A DNA stretch of 64,000 bases from the human T2T-CHM13v2.0 reference genome, Homo sapiens: assembly GCF_009914755.1 (NCBI RefSeq), contig NC_060931.1. The stretch is one strand, 5' to 3'. Shown here piece by piece: positions 12,533 through 29,432 of this stretch (position 1 is the stretch's first letter; the number at the start of each line of letters is the position of its first letter). Below the pieces are notes generated by a model, which saw only the letters and a list, made by a program, of their open reading frames with translations, made no database searches and was not told the DNA's origin. A program made the translations under genes and the position numbers.

Positions 12533-13444
12533 CTTCTCTATTTTTCATTCACCTCTTACTCAACTTACTGATTCTTCTAGAAAGAAATAAAACACACACA
12601 TCAGGCATCCTGATAGGATCTTGAATACACAATTTCCTTAAGTAGTCACTCCTGTTTTCATTTTAGCCTTTAAATAATGAATTCTTGAAAATAAATGTCT
12701 AACTCAGTTTCTCTACTTTCTTCATTCCCATTCATTCTTAAGTCATTCAACTCAAGCAGTCTGTACCACATGCCCAAGAAAGTGTCCTCATTCTAATCAC
12801 CAGTGCCCTCCTCATGGCCAGATCTGATGGACACTGGTTTTTATCCCTTTTGACCCGTCTGTAGAATTTGACACCATACATTTTATTTCTCCCTTCTCGA
12901 AAGTTCTCCTTAGCTTATCTCTCCACATTTTCTTTGCCTACAATTGTTCTTTTTACCCTTTAAAACATAAAGGTTAGATTCTAGTCTTCTGTAAGGCTCC
13001 ATCTGAATTCCTCCTTTCTACTTACAAAACACATTCACAAGTGATCTCACTTCAGTGACTTCCAATACACCGATGGACGAGTGGTTCACAAACCGCTCTC
13101 TCTCACTTCCTCTTTTCTCTAGACCACCACTTTCATGTTGTCAGCTACCTTACAGACTCCACCACTTAGATGACCAGAAGCTACATCAGGGTTATTAACT
13201 CAACTAATTACTTTTACCCTCAAAGTCTCCTCTCCCTATTTTCCTTACCTTGGTTTATGATACCCAGATAGACAATTTTTTAGCCATTCTTGGCTTTTCA
13301 GTCTCCTCTACAATCAAAATCCATATTGAATAATTCCCACATAATTTTTCTCACTTTAATATGTGTATAATCTAGTCCTTCCTTTCTTTCCATAATGCTA
13401 GAAACTTTGTTCAGGAACATTCTTTTGTATATTGATTGATTCTG

Positions 13445-14150
13445 TTGTCCATTCATTCAATAAATGCTTACTAAGTGCCATGTAATGACACTATGCTAAG
13501 GGCTAAAAGTGGAGCTTACACTCTGATGGGAGACACAGATAAATAAGTTACTATATAGTGTGGTAAAGGCTAGATAAGGGGAAGACAGGTTTGATGTTTG
13601 AGCACATAGGAGAGTTCCTAATTCCTTACTAGAAGGTAAGAGATGCATCAGAGAAGGCTTCCCAGAACTGTTCCCTAAGATGAGGCTTGAAGAGAGAGGA
13701 CAACTTATCCATGTGAAGTTGAGGGCAAGAATATCCATAAAGAGGGATCCACATGTGCTGAAACCCAGAGTGGCTGAGCACATGGCTTGCTTCAAGAACT
13801 GGAAGAGGGCAGAGTGGCCAGAGCCTAGATTTCTAATGGTGTGATGGCAAGAGGCAAGACTGGAGAGTGGGGCAGAAAAAAATGGTATGTGGTTTGTAAG
13901 CTCTGCCAAGGGGTTGACATTTTTTTTCAGCAAAGAAGTGACATAGTCAAATTGTCAGTTTAGAAAGATATCTCTGGTATGCTAGGGGGCAGATGATCAG
14001 GGTGAGAATGGAGAGGGAAGACCAGCGAGGAAGCTGTTGTAGTAATCCAGGTATGAAGTGACACTGCCCTGACCATGGGCATGGAAGCCAATAAGGAGAT
14101 GGACATGTTTAAAATATTTGTAGGTGGGTGTCAAAGATGATGTCCTAGAA
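13445..14150 (-). mobile_element. L2 LINE fragment
   Basis: Starts with the L2 3' signature 'cattcattcaataaatgcttactaagtgcc', followed by purine-rich L2 reverse-strand body. Confidence 0.65.
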
Positions 14151-14239
14151 ATATGGGACATGTTCAGCACTGAGGTAGGATACAGAGAGGGAGACCAGGT
14201 TTTGTGGGAGTAGATGGAGATAACAGAAGGATATCCAAC

Positions 14240-15737
14240 TGCTCCTTCTTGGTCTCTTGTCCCATCTGTCTTTGTCTCCTGACCTATTAGCTTTGGTGGC
14301 GCCATCACTCAGTCCTCCTCTCTTCATTCTCTACAGTCCCTCTCCTCGGAGATCCCATCCACTCTCATGGCTTTTCATGATGTCTACATGCTGACAACTT
14401 CTTAATTTAAATCTCTAGCCCAGACCTTTCTCCTTAACCCCGGGACTCAAACATCCAACTGCATGCCCGGCATCTCCACTTAGATGCCTAAAAAATGTAT
14501 GTCAGGCTGAGTGCAGTGGCTCATGCCTGTAATCCCAGCACTTTGGGAGGCTGAGGCGGGTGGATAGTGAGGCGGGTGGTGGTCAGGAGTTCAAGACCAG
14601 CCTGGCCAACATGGTGAAACCCCGTCTCTACTAAAAATACAAAATTTAGCCAGGTGTGGTGATGTGTGCCTGTAATCCCAACTACTCAGGAGGCTGAGGC
14701 AGGAGAATCGCTTGAACTTGGGAGGCGGAGGTTGCAGTTAGCCAACACCACATCACTGCACTCCAGCCTGGGCAACAGAGCAAGACTCCATGTCAAAAAA
14801 ATAAAAATAAAAAAACCTCCATTGTGGGCAAAACTACATTCCTGGTCTCCTCATATCCTACAAACATGCTTCACCAACCAGAGTCTGCATGTCGGTAACT
14901 GGCAAAGCCATTCTCTCTGTTAAAAAAGTCAAAATCCTTGGCATATTCTCCTTTTTTTCTCACATGCCTCAGATCTGACTCCATCAGTAAATCCGGATGG
15001 AGTTCGATCTGAGGCATGTGACAAAATAGCTCTGTCTTCAAAATAGAACCAGAATTCGGCCACATCTCCCCACTCTCCCCTTCCTTCCTGGCCCAGGCCA
15101 CCAGGGTCCCCCTCCTGGAACACCACTGGAGCCTCCCAGCTGGCCTCACCACTCCACCTTTGCCCTGAACTGCCCCCCAGCCACTAGCAGTCTTCTCTCC
15201 CATATGATCGAGGTGAATACATTCCAACATAATCCCCCCTTGTTCAACACCCTGCAATGACTCCCCATTTCACTCCAATAAAAACCTGAATCTCCCAGGG
15301 GCCTACAAGGCCTTACATGCTCTGCTTCTTTGTCCTTTTGATCTCAGCTCCCGGTCAACAAAGTCCAGGCTTACTGGCCCCCTTGCTGTGCTTCAGACAC
15401 ACCAGGCACATTTAGTTCTTCCTTCTTGCCTCTGCCCAGAAATCTCTTTTCCCATCTCAGACATCTGGGTCCACAAAAGCCACCTTCCCAATTTCCGAGC
15501 TACAAACCTATCCCCATACCTCTCCTCCAGGCAGTTCTGATGCCCCAGCCCTACTTTTTGTTTTTCCCTGTAACACACATCAACTTCTGAAACACTACAT
15601 CATCAGCTTGTTATGGGTATTAATTGTTGTCCCCAGCTAAAAAGTAAGTTCCACAAGAGCAGGGGTGTTGGGTTTTGTTTACTGATGTATCCCAAGCATC
15701 TGATGCATAGTAGGACCCCAGTAAATACTTGTCAAAT
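14240..15737 (+). mobile_element. L2 LINE fragment (interrupted by an Alu)
   Basis: Degenerate RT YADD region 'tacatgctgacaac...tctctagcccagacc' and L2 3' end 'tgcatagtaggaccccagtaaatacttgtc'. Confidence 0.7.
14505..14815 (+). mobile_element. Alu (AluS-like) with an internal 12-nt duplication
   Basis: Full dimer plus A tail; TGAGGCGGGTGG occurs at 14552-14563 and 14568-14579. Confidence 0.93.
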
Positions 15738-18642
15738 TTGGTCTTAAATAGCTGTTGCATAGACAAAAGTGATATTGGAGAGATGGATTTCGGGATTCTC
15801 TGGAGATCCTTCAACAAAACATATCAGACTTTCTTTAATGTGGCCACAGCCTAATCTTATACCTTTTTCCACTGTCAACCCAGCCCACCTGGCCTCTATG
15901 CCAATTGCAGCTTCCTGGACAACCCTGCATCTTCTCCCCAGGTGCCCGTGTGTGAGTCCACTCCACCCAAAGTGTCTGTCCCCTACCTCAGCTGCACCTG
16001 AGCAGCTCCAACTTATCCTGCAAGACACAGCTCAAGTAGTATCCCCTCTGAAATACTCCTTGGCCCCGCTTTCTGTCTGCATAGTTAGCTCTTCTCCCCC
16101 GTGCTGCTCCACTGACATGCGCACACCTTTACAGCACAGCCTGGGCGTGTTGCAGGTGGAAGGTGGAGATTCCCAGTCAAGGGGCAACACCTGTATGGTT
16201 GGAAAAGTTGTTTGTTTTAATTTCTTGCCCTCTCTTCTCTCTTCTATTTCTTTCCTCTCCCATAAATACACATACCGCCTATATACACACAACCTGCCCT
16301 GAATTGTTTTCCTTGAATTGATGAGTTACGTAAATGCAATCCTAAGCACAGTTGTTTTCAGGTTGTCCTAACCTTTTGCTTTATTGATTTTTCAAGGATC
16401 CAGAGTGTTTACTGAGTTTCAGAAATTGGATTCTGTACTTATTTTTCTGTACTATCCTAGTTTTATGAGAATCTATTTGCTCAGCATTCTCTATTCTTTT
16501 AAAAGTGTTTAAGATTTTTGTAAACAGTTTTGTTTGGTTCTTTATTTTCTGGTGACATATTGATCTCAACATAATGCTATTCATATACTTTTAATTCTTC
16601 TTCCAACACTGTTAGGATTGCATTATGTTCACCCAAGGAATCCACATCTGTACAAAATGTGGCCAGGTTTGGCTATTCCTTCACATTCACAGTATTCTCA
16701 TGATTTCTAACAATTCTTGTCTACTTTGCCTAAATAAGAAAATGTCATATACTGACAATTTTGATCGTGAAAAAGAGACCTTAGTTCATACCAGTGTCAG
16801 AGTCTACTTGCAAACATTGATTTCCAAGAAAATTTCTCAGGTGTGAGCAAATAAGCAAAATAAATTCAGACCTAAGAGAAAATAGCACTACAAGGAACGC
16901 CCAGCTCATTCAAACGCTCTGCATTTTGAGACTAGAGGGGGCTTGGCCTTTGGCACCCTCACACCTCTCCCCTTTGTCTCTCTGTCCCTGGGTGCTGATT
17001 TCTCTTTCTTTGTGTGACAGCCACTGTGAAAAGAATGGGGTTCACTCACCACCTGCATTCCTCCACAGCCATTTGATATCTGCTTTCGATAACAGCAGAG
17101 GAAACTGATCAGTCATATAAATCCAATCCTGAGCATAGTTCCTCGTTTGGAATTGTACCATGCTTTATGCCGAGGACATTTTCAAACACGGAGGGAGGGG
17201 ATGTCTGATTCATTCGTGAGTAATGTACCAGCTTCCTCTCCAACTTGTCTCCCTTCAGTGGTTCACATTCTGACTATTCAGTCGGTTTATCCTTTCCAAA
17301 CCCAGTATTTGAATGCAACTGGCAAAGGTTGATTGCCTCTTTTTTTTTTTAATATATAGACTTGGAAAGATGTTTCTCAAATGTGATTTGCGGATTTATG
17401 TTATTCAGTCTTCCTGGATTAATTGAACAAAAACTGGTAACACTGCTACACAGTCTGAATCACAAAATTATGTCCATCCATTTGGCTGAAAAATACGAAA
17501 ACAAATACTTGTATAAGTTTTCATGCATTTTAGCACTTTCTTTACATTGGGGAAGTTCAACCTTCACACTTTCAAGGGCAATGAAACATTTTTGTCTGAC
17601 CTACAATTTATTAATGGGACAAAAGCCCATCTGTCAATCAGGGCTCTGAGAGTTCAATGTATTTTCTGAACAATATTTTTTACATTATGTACAATGGTAA
17701 AAACAAATGTCCATTTATTCTTCTTTCCAAGAAGTTGAGTACTTTCAACCATTCTTAAAAGGACAAAGATGTTTGCTGACAGAATATGAATTTATAAAGG
17801 ATAATCTTGAGGATATAATGGCATTCTATTCTTTTTATCTTTACTCTTGCCATATCAGAGTTGGATAATAGTCTCAATCATATGTTACAACTAGAAAATG
17901 CACAATTGGCTTTTTCTTATGCTAACAGGCAGCCATTTTCAACTTTTTAAATGATTATAGGACTAAGAGGGGATGCAAAAACAGATAAGAATCTGAATAA
18001 AAGCACTATCTGTCAAAGAAACAACATTTGTGTAATAATCAAGAAACCGTTTAGAGCACCCCCTGGAAACATTAATTATAACACATGCAAATCATTCCTG
18101 TACAAAGCTTAACTTGTTTATCTCCTATAGCCACCTGTATTTGAATTTTTTAATAAGCTCATTTATTATAAATAAAGCATGTAAATCAATCTGGGAATAC
18201 CTTTTCTGTTTCAGAAATTTCATGTAAATGACAGGCTGCCACATACAGTACAACTATAGAGGGGAAAAAGTTTCTTTACTCCCTTTCATATAGTTATACC
18301 TTCATATGACACTTAAAACCACCTGCCAGGAACTTTTAAAACATGTTTTAGATGCACAGAAGCAAACCCAAATGAAAAAATGCTATGCAGTTTTGCAATA
18401 CATATATACCACAGAAAGCTTTAAAAACATTCTACCCCAACAGATAAATAGATTTGGCCCAAATCTTTTTAATGTGAGTTTTGTGGGTAAAAAAGATTAT
18501 TGTTCCCTTATTTTTCCCCATTTGCTGACGACTAGGATTGTCATATAAAATACATTCCTGGGACATGCTTATACTAAACAAATTATCCACTGTTTATCTG
18601 AAATTCAAATTTAACTCAGCATCCTATATCTTTACTTGCTAA

Positions 18643-18968
<326 letters not shown>

Positions 18969-20569
18969 TGAGCTAACTCTTTTTTAAAGAGTTAAAATAC
19001 TGGTTCCTATTTGTTTTTACTTCTCTAGTATGGGAGGCTGTTACTGTGGCTTCTGTCTTGGGGGGCAATTTTCGAAGGGCTTCAAGAACTTGAACCGAGG
19101 TTAGAGGAAAACCACAAGATGGCTAAAGGGTGGGAAAAGAAGAAATAACACTATTTAAACTTTAGATGAGAGGACTAAAGTGATGAAACAGTCACCAGGT
19201 ATTTGGAGTGGTCTCACCCAAGGGACTGTGCCAACTTCCTCATTTTTTATGAGGGCAGGCAAAAACTGGCCAAAACACAAGTTAGGATAATAAGCATAGT
19301 AGCTATTATTAAATGCTAGGGTGTGCTGCATAACTGAAGGACAGTGTTTCTCACAGTTTATCTCCAACTCTCATGGCCAACCCATGAGATGTATATCATT
19401 ATCCCCACGTTTTGAATATAAGAAACTGACACTCAAATCAGAAGGCATGTCAGTGAAAAAGGCCATATTCACATCCCATCTAAGTCTGTCTGACACTAAA
19501 GCCCACACTCTCTCCACTACACTCCACCTTGTCTCCAGAATGTTTTGGGCTGTTTAAATGTGATTATACCAAAGAGCAGTTGAATGCACTGAAAAATTCT
19601 GAAGATTCCTCCTGTCCCTTCGATTCACTGTTGGAAACCATTGTCAAGGTAGTGTCTGGCTACGATAGAAGGGATTTTTGACATGGCCTATTGTTTTATC
19701 TTTTTAAAGTAAATGTAGGTGCTTTTGATGATCATAACACTAACTGTTAAGTCTTTAGGCATAAGAATCAAGCATTCAACTAAGCATGTTTACAAATTTG
19801 CTTTCAGCCCAGTGGATCTATCCACTTTTCCATTTAGGTTGCACATTTAGATTTCGGAGTTTATCCTGTTATCTTCAAATCCACGGACTGTACACTCTTT
19901 GAGGGAAGAAACTCTTAGTATCTAGTCAAGTACGTGGCATGCAATGGGTGCTCCCAAATACTTGATTAATATCATATGATATAATGTAATATGATTCTTC
20001 ATAAACAGTGAGTGTTTATAAATACAGTATTTTAAATGTCATTAGGAATCTTCTATTGGAATCTTAACTTTATTTTAATAGACCTACTTTTAAAGTTAAT
20101 AAACATAATATAAATGTGGACAGGGCTAAGATTTTTCCCTAAGATTTCACTCTGGCAAGTCTTCCTGGAGATTTAGCCATGGCTATTTTTATGACTGTAA
20201 TTTCCTTAATATGGGGCCTCAGCCATATTCCATCATCATAAATCCCTTTCTTGCACTTAAAAGCAATGTTGAAATATTTTCCAGTTTCTATATCTTAACT
20301 CTTTACTTAGATCCATTATTTCCATTTTGAGATTATCTTATGTAAATATTGTAGAAGATTTTAGAATTATATAATAAGAAAATACTAGTATACCACCTCA
20401 GAAATCTTAACTAATAGATATGTTCTCAAATGCAAAGTGAAATATTTAAAGTAATTATTCAAGTAAATAAAGAGACCATCTTTGTCCCAATTACTTGAAT
20501 ATTTTACGTAAAGTTGGTTTTATGCACTTGACTTTGTGTTTAAACTCAAGTTTGTAGTATTGTCTACTG

Positions 20570-21050
20570 GACATTGTTAGCTCAGGACCTTTTCAGGAGC
20601 AAGGAATGAAAGAATCATTTTTAAACTTATTTAAAAAAAGAAATAAGGAAGAAAAGAAGAAATTTTACTGGCTCGCCTTAGCTTAAGACATGGCTGGATA
20701 CAGATGCTCAGACAATCACATCAGGAGCCTGCCTCCCTCCGTGTCTGGGCTCTCTGGCCTCTTGGGTCAGTTTCATGCTCAGGCTGGCTTTCTCCACATA
20801 GTGGCAAAGATGGGCATCAGACATCCCAAGTTAACATCATCTTTAGTGCTCATGCTGTCAGAATGAAAGAGGCCCTCTCCCAGCATCCATATTAAATCTC
20901 CAAAGAGATTCTGTTTGGCCTTGCTTTGGCCACATACTCAACCCTGACCAAGCTCCGTGTCAAGAGAACAGAGTTCGTTGAAAGGCCAGCCTGGTTTGCA
21001 CACTCATTCTGTGTTGAAAGATGTAGACCATGTGATTGACAGTCCCAGGA
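20570..21050. mobile_element. possible old MaLR (MLT1-type) LTR
   Basis: Weak resemblance ('ttactggctc', 'agacatggctggatacagatgctca', 'caggctggctttctcc'). Confidence 0.35.
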
Positions 21051-22352
21051 GATAGGAGAGGGAGAATTTTCAAAAGAGTTGCCGGTATAAGAGACAGTGG
21101 ATTCTGGGAAGGTAAAAAGAGGTATTTATTAAAATACTGTGCCTTTGGAATAAAAATCTTTTCCAGGAAATGCAAATAATTTAAAACAATTCAAATAAGG
21201 ATCATACATTTTAAAACAATTAGAAATACACTCAGAAGAACTGAATTGCTCATTTAGTAGATTTCAGATAATATTTTCTCCTCTTTGAACCTCAGTTTTG
21301 TCATCTGGAAACACAGGATAATGCTTACCTTATAAGGTAATCATGATTAGAAGAGATGATGGAGCTGACCATATCTATTTACTATAAAGTGCTATCTACA
21401 TAGTTATAAATTATGACAGCTAAGAAAATTAATCCCTAAAGAAAGCAAAATTACCTATGTCACGGTTTAGAAAGTCTCTCTCTTAAGAAGAAACTTATTC
21501 TATTGCCTCTGTTGGGTTTTTTCCTGAGGAATCGGTGTTTGAATGCAATATACATTTTTGTAGGCTCTGCAATGTTTTTATGATGAGGACAGTCATAGTG
21601 TTGACAATTACTCAATGAATACTTAGAGATTTGAATGTATCGCTAGATTTCTGGGAAATGAAAAGACCAATGTAAGCTAGTTGAATGAGAAAACCAGAGG
21701 TGGGCAGATGGTGGACAGATTAAGTCGCTGGTTTTAAAGGTAGGCTGAACTGGTATTTGTAACTATTAATAACAGCCATCTTCTTTAAAGGAAGTACTCC
21801 TAAATATCAATAGTTTAGTGGCCAAGGTGCCATTGAGATGATCACTCCCAGGAAATGTTTTGCCAGTGATATTACCTTAACTTTCATCTGAAAAGAAATA
21901 AAGAAATGTTTTATGGATGATTCACTTTCACCTGATATGTGCACAACATTTTAAGAGAATGAATTAGTCAGTCTGTTTGAATCATCTTTACGTGTTCCTT
22001 TTAGCAGGGAACTCAAAGTTGGTTAAATGGCTAGCTCTATTTCAGAAAGCAAAAATAACAGAAACAGTGAAAAGACAGTCTATATTGAAAGCCTGATCCA
22101 GACACATCATGGGGGAATAAATATATCAGGACAAAAATATATGAAAAGTGAAAGTATTTCTGGAGTATTTCACTACCAATATAAATATTAAAATGCTCAC
22201 ACAGCCAGATCTGGCAAGTTACATAGATGAGGAAGTGAAAGCAATAATATGCCAAGTCAATGGCATTGGTGTAAAATGTAATCATAGAGGAACAATCTCA
22301 GAGTTGAAAATTATTAGAATTGGAAAACACTTTGAAGTTCTTTAGTTCCACC

Positions 22353-22560
22353 CAGGAGTATGCCATTAAATATTTAATAACCATCCCTCTGCGGGCTTTA
22401 ATAACAAGCCCTGATTTGTAGTGTTTGCCAATTTCTATGGTGTCAATACAGCCACCATGGCTGATTTTAGGCTACCAAGATGAGGTCACTGAAACACAAG
22501 TTGGGAAGAGATGCACATAGTAGGCTGTCATGAGCCAGCACACAGCTGGTTCAGCATTAT
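22353..22560 (-). mobile_element. MER63A-like hAT DNA transposon (copy 1)
   Basis: 'aagccctgatttgtagtgtttgccaatttctatggtgt...gttgggaagagatgcaca'; shares the exact 20-mer tttgccaatttctatggtgt (22424) with copy 2 (41034). Confidence 0.7.
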
Positions 22561-23788
22561 AATTTTCAAATAAGAAAGCAGTTGACCTCAGAGGAGTTGG
22601 GTGACTTGCCTGGGTCATACAAATAATTAGCTGCACTGCCACAACTAAACCTAGGCCCTCTCCAGTGTTTGACCTCAGAATTGTGAATGCATTATGAGGA
22701 AAGCACCATGATTGATTGATTGGTAAGCCCACGTGACTTTCTGTCCTAGTTAAGTTCCCCTTTAAGGGCCTCCATAGACATTTCTACATTGAGTTTAAAC
22801 TATAGTCTGCCTATCTCCACTACTGGCCTGAGATCTCACTGACATTTGGAAAGCGTTTTATTTATCTTTGTATCTTCAGCACTCTGTACAGTATCTGACA
22901 CTTAGATGCTTATAAGTGTTTGTTGGGGGCCATGTACGAACAATAGAGAACATGCATTGACCTGCTATGTGCCAGGCAGTGTTCTTAGTGATTTACATGC
23001 ATTAACTTATTGAATCCTTAGAATAACTCTCACAAGTGAGGTAGGTACTATAATCCTGCCCATATTTTAGATGAGAAAATACAGGCTTAGACTTACTTGC
23101 CTAAGGTAACATGGACAGTGATTGGATTTAAACCCTAAAATCTGGCCAGTGCCTGTGCACTTGGCCTCTCAGTTGTCACTCATTTAACTAGCAGTTATCA
23201 TCATAGTGCCCAGCTCAGCGCCAAATACTTCTAAAAGGTCTCCCTCCTTTCCTTAGGAAGGACACAAAACGTTTCCCAGAAAAGATCTGATCTGACCAAC
23301 ACACACCTTTGTTAATGGGGAAGGGCCTTTATTAATGGGAATGATCAAGGAAATGGGGCGTTTTTGGTGATTACATTTTCTCATTATCTGAGGTTTAAAC
23401 AGAAACCTCTAGTTTAATTAAAATTTCTGTTGCTGACAATAGGCCCTAGTCCCATTTTTTTCTTTAATTAAAAAAGTTAACCTTTTTTTGATGTATTCAC
23501 TTGAAAAATGGCATCACCATATGGTAACAGATAATGTAAAGAAGGTGTAGGAGATTAAGGTACTAACTCCAACTGTGTTCTGTGAGGGTTTTTCTTTAAA
23601 TAGAAAATATATTCTTCTTCCCCACTGATTTTCCATTTCATCAAATGAAGTAACAAAAAGCCTATTTCTACATGTGTACATTTTCTTGGATTCTTGTCCA
23701 CTGAGATTTAGTACAGTGTGTGACTTATGTGCGAACCTTAAGATATGAATCTTATTTTAAAAACATAATTTAATATAATATCTCTAAT

Positions 23789-24071
<283 letters not shown>

Positions 24072-25035
24072 ATTATTTTGAAGGCTCCTTCAAAAAGCCT
24101 AGAAGAAAAAATGTCATTCACACTTCACACTGCATTAATGGACATCAACTAACATGCAAATTGGTTACAATATTTTTCTCCCTTTTGGCAATAATAATTC
24201 GTTTCCTTTCTTTCATTATAATTTCTACAGAAAATACAGCAATAAATTATATATTAAGCTCAATTTTGTTAGATACACTGATACCATATTGATAAGTGCA
24301 GTTAACTTTTCACATAATATTTATTTTTCCCATTGTGCTCTAGATGGTTTAGATACATATTTGCAGTTTGGTTTACAGTTTGTATTTGCCCTCTAGTACA
24401 ACAAATTGTCCCTAATCCTTTTCTTCTATCCCTTGTTATTCCCTCTACCAGCACCAAAAATTTGCTAGTACATTGCAAAACAATGAGAATTACAGATAAA
24501 ATAGCAAGCATTTATATATACTCTATATTGATCAAAGTGCTTTCAGAGATGAGATCTCTTTTTGATCCTTAAAATGGTCACGTGAGAATATCTGACCCTG
24601 GGACTCAGAGGTGGGTGATTGCCTGGAGTCACACAGCTAGAGAGGGAAAGGGCTAGAATCAGAGGGCTGATTGTCTGACTTCTGTTCTAGTGCATGCTCC
24701 CACCTCGCTTTGGAAGCTGCTTCGGCATAGTGAAGCACTTAAGAGCATGGATGGGTTCTTGTTAGCCAGACGTGGAATTGAATCTTGGTTCTAACTGTGT
24801 GATTTTAGCAAGTTTGCTTATCTAGAAGAGAAGGATAATAATACTTCCTTCTTCACAGGGTGGTGATGAAGAGTAAATCAAAGAGTTTAGCAGAATGCTT
24901 CCCATATGGTAAGCACTCAATACATGTTCTTGTTATTTTTATTATTACATGGCTTTGCCTTACTGAGGCTTCATCTTGTCCTCTGGTCCAACTACAGTTC
25001 TCTAGCTTGGCTTATCCCTTCATAACCTGTACCCC

Positions 25036-25277
25036 CAGTGGCACGATCTTGGCTCACTACAACCTCCGCTTCCCAAGTTCAAGCAATTCTCCTGCCTCAG
25101 CCTCCCAAGTAGCTAGGATTACAGGCACCTGTCACCACACCCAGCTAATTTTTTTGTAGTAGAGATGGGGGTTCACAGTGTTGGTCAGCCTGGGTTCAAA
25201 CTCCTGACCTCAAGTGATCTGCCCACCTCAGCCTCCCAAAGTGCTAGGATTACAGGCATGAACCACCGCGCTCAGCC
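25036..25277 (-). mobile_element. Alu (AluS-like), lacking 3' end and tail
   Basis: cagtggcacgatcttggctcac...catgaaccaccgcgctcagcc; nearest Alu upstream of exon 2. Confidence 0.9.
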
Positions 25278-28142
25278 AGGAATTTTCATTCTTTATCCTC
25301 CTTTGAGACTCGGCTCTAGCATCATTTCCAGTCGAGTTGGTCTCCCTTCCTCTGCATTCTGATAACTGTTAACCATCAAGTGACTTGAGCTTCCCAGGGA
25401 AGGGCATCATGTCTTTGTAGACATCCAATAAATGTTAGTAGAAGAAAGGGGGGTCCTGCCAATAATCATATGTCTTTCCCACAATTTAAACTCCTTTTCA
25501 CCCTGTTACTACTTTTTGCTTGTCTTCCCTTTGATAAACATTCTACTTCTTCATCACCCATTCCCTCAATTTAACATCTGATACTACTATAGAAACTACT
25601 GCCTTGAAGATCAACAAACGGGTTCCATGTGGACCAACGTCCTCCTTGAGACCCTCACTTGGCTTTTGTGACACAGTGCAATATTTGCTCTCTTGATGCC
25701 TCACTGACCTTAACCTTCCTTGACTCCTGCATAGATTTCTCAACTGTGGGTATCCCCTAAGATTTAGGCCATTTGCCTTCTCTTCTTTCATCTAGTCCAT
25801 TCATGAACACACCCATTCCTGGTTTTAACCATCACCTCTGTGCAGATAATGTGCAAAGTTTATTTCTAGTCGGAGTGGAGTCTCTGTTACTCTGCCAATC
25901 AAGTTCTAAATTTTTATTCCTTCTAGTGCAGCAGTGGCAAATACCTGACACTCATGTGTCTCACTCAAGACAGATACTGTTTCACCCAAGACTGATCATG
26001 CCGCTTTCCCAGTCAAGGCAGGCTTCTCAGAATCCTTCTCATTTCCGCCTCTGTTCTTTGGCACTAATGCTCTGTCTGCCCAGAGTTTTCATTCTTCACT
26101 TGTTCCAGGCACCTGCTTCCTGGTGAATAATGTAAAACCTGCTAGTCATCCTTATAGGAGAATATGCACTCATTTCCCAGCAGCACACCCGACTCAACGT
26201 GGTTAAAACCAATCTACCATTCCCATATATTCAGCCTAACTTCCCAGTGCAGTCTACCCTAGTTTTATAACTTGTTCTACTTTTTCCAGATAACTGCTAA
26301 TCATCTTTGTTTGTCTTTGCTTTCTTTTTTGCACTGTGTTTGATATATTAGGGTATCAAATCCTACTTATTCAAATATGTCCCTTATTCATTCCTTCTAT
26401 CCTTGGTGCTACCATATTTGTTCTGGCTCTTGTTACCTCATTATGGGATATAAAAATAGCCTGTCAACTGGTCTTTCCATTGCCAGGATCTCTCTGTTCT
26501 AAGCCACCCTGCCTCCAGATCAATCTTCCTAGAGTAAAACCTTCATTGTATGACGGTCTAGCTCAAAATTCCTTAATGATTATTAATCACCTCTTAAAGT
26601 CCCCAATTCTTAGACTATTAGTAGGGTAAAATTATTTTTGATTTGGAGTCAAAAAATTTTGGACGCAAATTTTGGCTACTACACTTAACCATTATGTAAC
26701 TTCGAATTTCGGCTTAATTTTTATTCATCATTTATTCAGTATCTATTTGTTTAACACCTTCTGCATCTCAGGCTCTGTACTAGGTACTTGGGATACAATG
26801 ATGAGCCAAGCAGACCTTGTCCTTGCTCTCCTGGACCTCACAACATGGTGAACTTGTCTCTATTGCTCATGATCATAATAATCCTAAGTACAGGCTGTGC
26901 TTTTTTCCCTTGATACTTGTAGCTTTTGGTTTGTGCTATGCAGGGTATTGTAATACCATTTGCAGTGCCACAATAATCAGCATATATGTGTTATCACTCA
27001 GCCACATTGCAGCTTCACTGAAGGGCAGGGGCTATGTCCCATTTCTCATAGCGCAAGCACAGTGCCCTGCACATACCAGCTGCTCAGTGATTTCTGATGT
27101 GGTTTTTGTAGATCCAGGGTTAGTCTTTGGCAGTCATGATGCCTAGTATGTTTTTAGAGGCTCCCTTTGTCCTATCAGAATTATGCTATTTAAAAAAAAG
27201 TCATACCTATTTAGTTTATATTCATTCTAAGGCCTCTCCTTTCCAACCTACTACCCTGCCTATAACTATTATAAGGAGAACTCACAATGTTTATAACTTG
27301 TGCACCTTAAGTTTTAAATACTGAATAACAGGCCCATTCATGTTTCCTCATAGAAATACTGTCTATATGCATACAATGAAATGTTAAAATAATGTTCTTT
27401 TTACTAAATAGCTTTTTGACTTGGTAATGAACAATATGTTGTTTTTCCCTGAGAAGTAGTTCTAGGACTTTAGTTCTGAAGATTATGTTGTATTTTATAC
27501 ATTTTCAGCCTCCTGTTTTTCAGTTCCCAGTGATCTTACATTAAACATTTGTCTGTCTAAAACAATAGGTTAACTATAGCCAAATTATAACCATACCATT
27601 CCTCTCCACACAAAATCCTATAAACAGCATGTGATCATATTGCTTCTAGAATTTATGATTGTTTTCTTCCAAAAGGAAGCTAAATTTAGCCTAGTAATTC
27701 TACATGCGCTCAAGAAAACAATGCCTGCTGTGATTTCTAGAATAAATGAATGTGAACCACAGTTCCTTTACTTGACTAACAGAGAAAGTTTAAATATCAA
27801 CCTAGTCATTAACCACAGTTATTAAACCACGTTAAACAACCAGCAAGGGGTTAAGAAAGAAAGTTGCTATGTTTTTTCTTTCATTGCTGAATGAGTCTAA
27901 CTTAGTTACTGTATCAACCTTAATACAGAACATTGTTTGCATCTCAATGGTTCTCTAAAATTATTCGTTCATGGCTTGAGTTCTAAAATTAAACTATGTG
28001 GAGTCATGTCCAACCGCACAATGCATCTTTATGTGAAACTTGCTAGAGTTTTTGTTTTCCTTCTATGTAAAAGTCCAGTTGGGAAGCTTTATTTCTGATA
28101 GATTAAATGGTATAGGTCTTTCAGTTTTCTCTTCATTTCTGA

Positions 28143-29432
<1,290 letters not shown>

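Noticed and set aside
15769-16302. 177-aa ORF in intron 1
   Set aside because: GTG start, no recognisable homology, partly degenerate repeat-like sequence.
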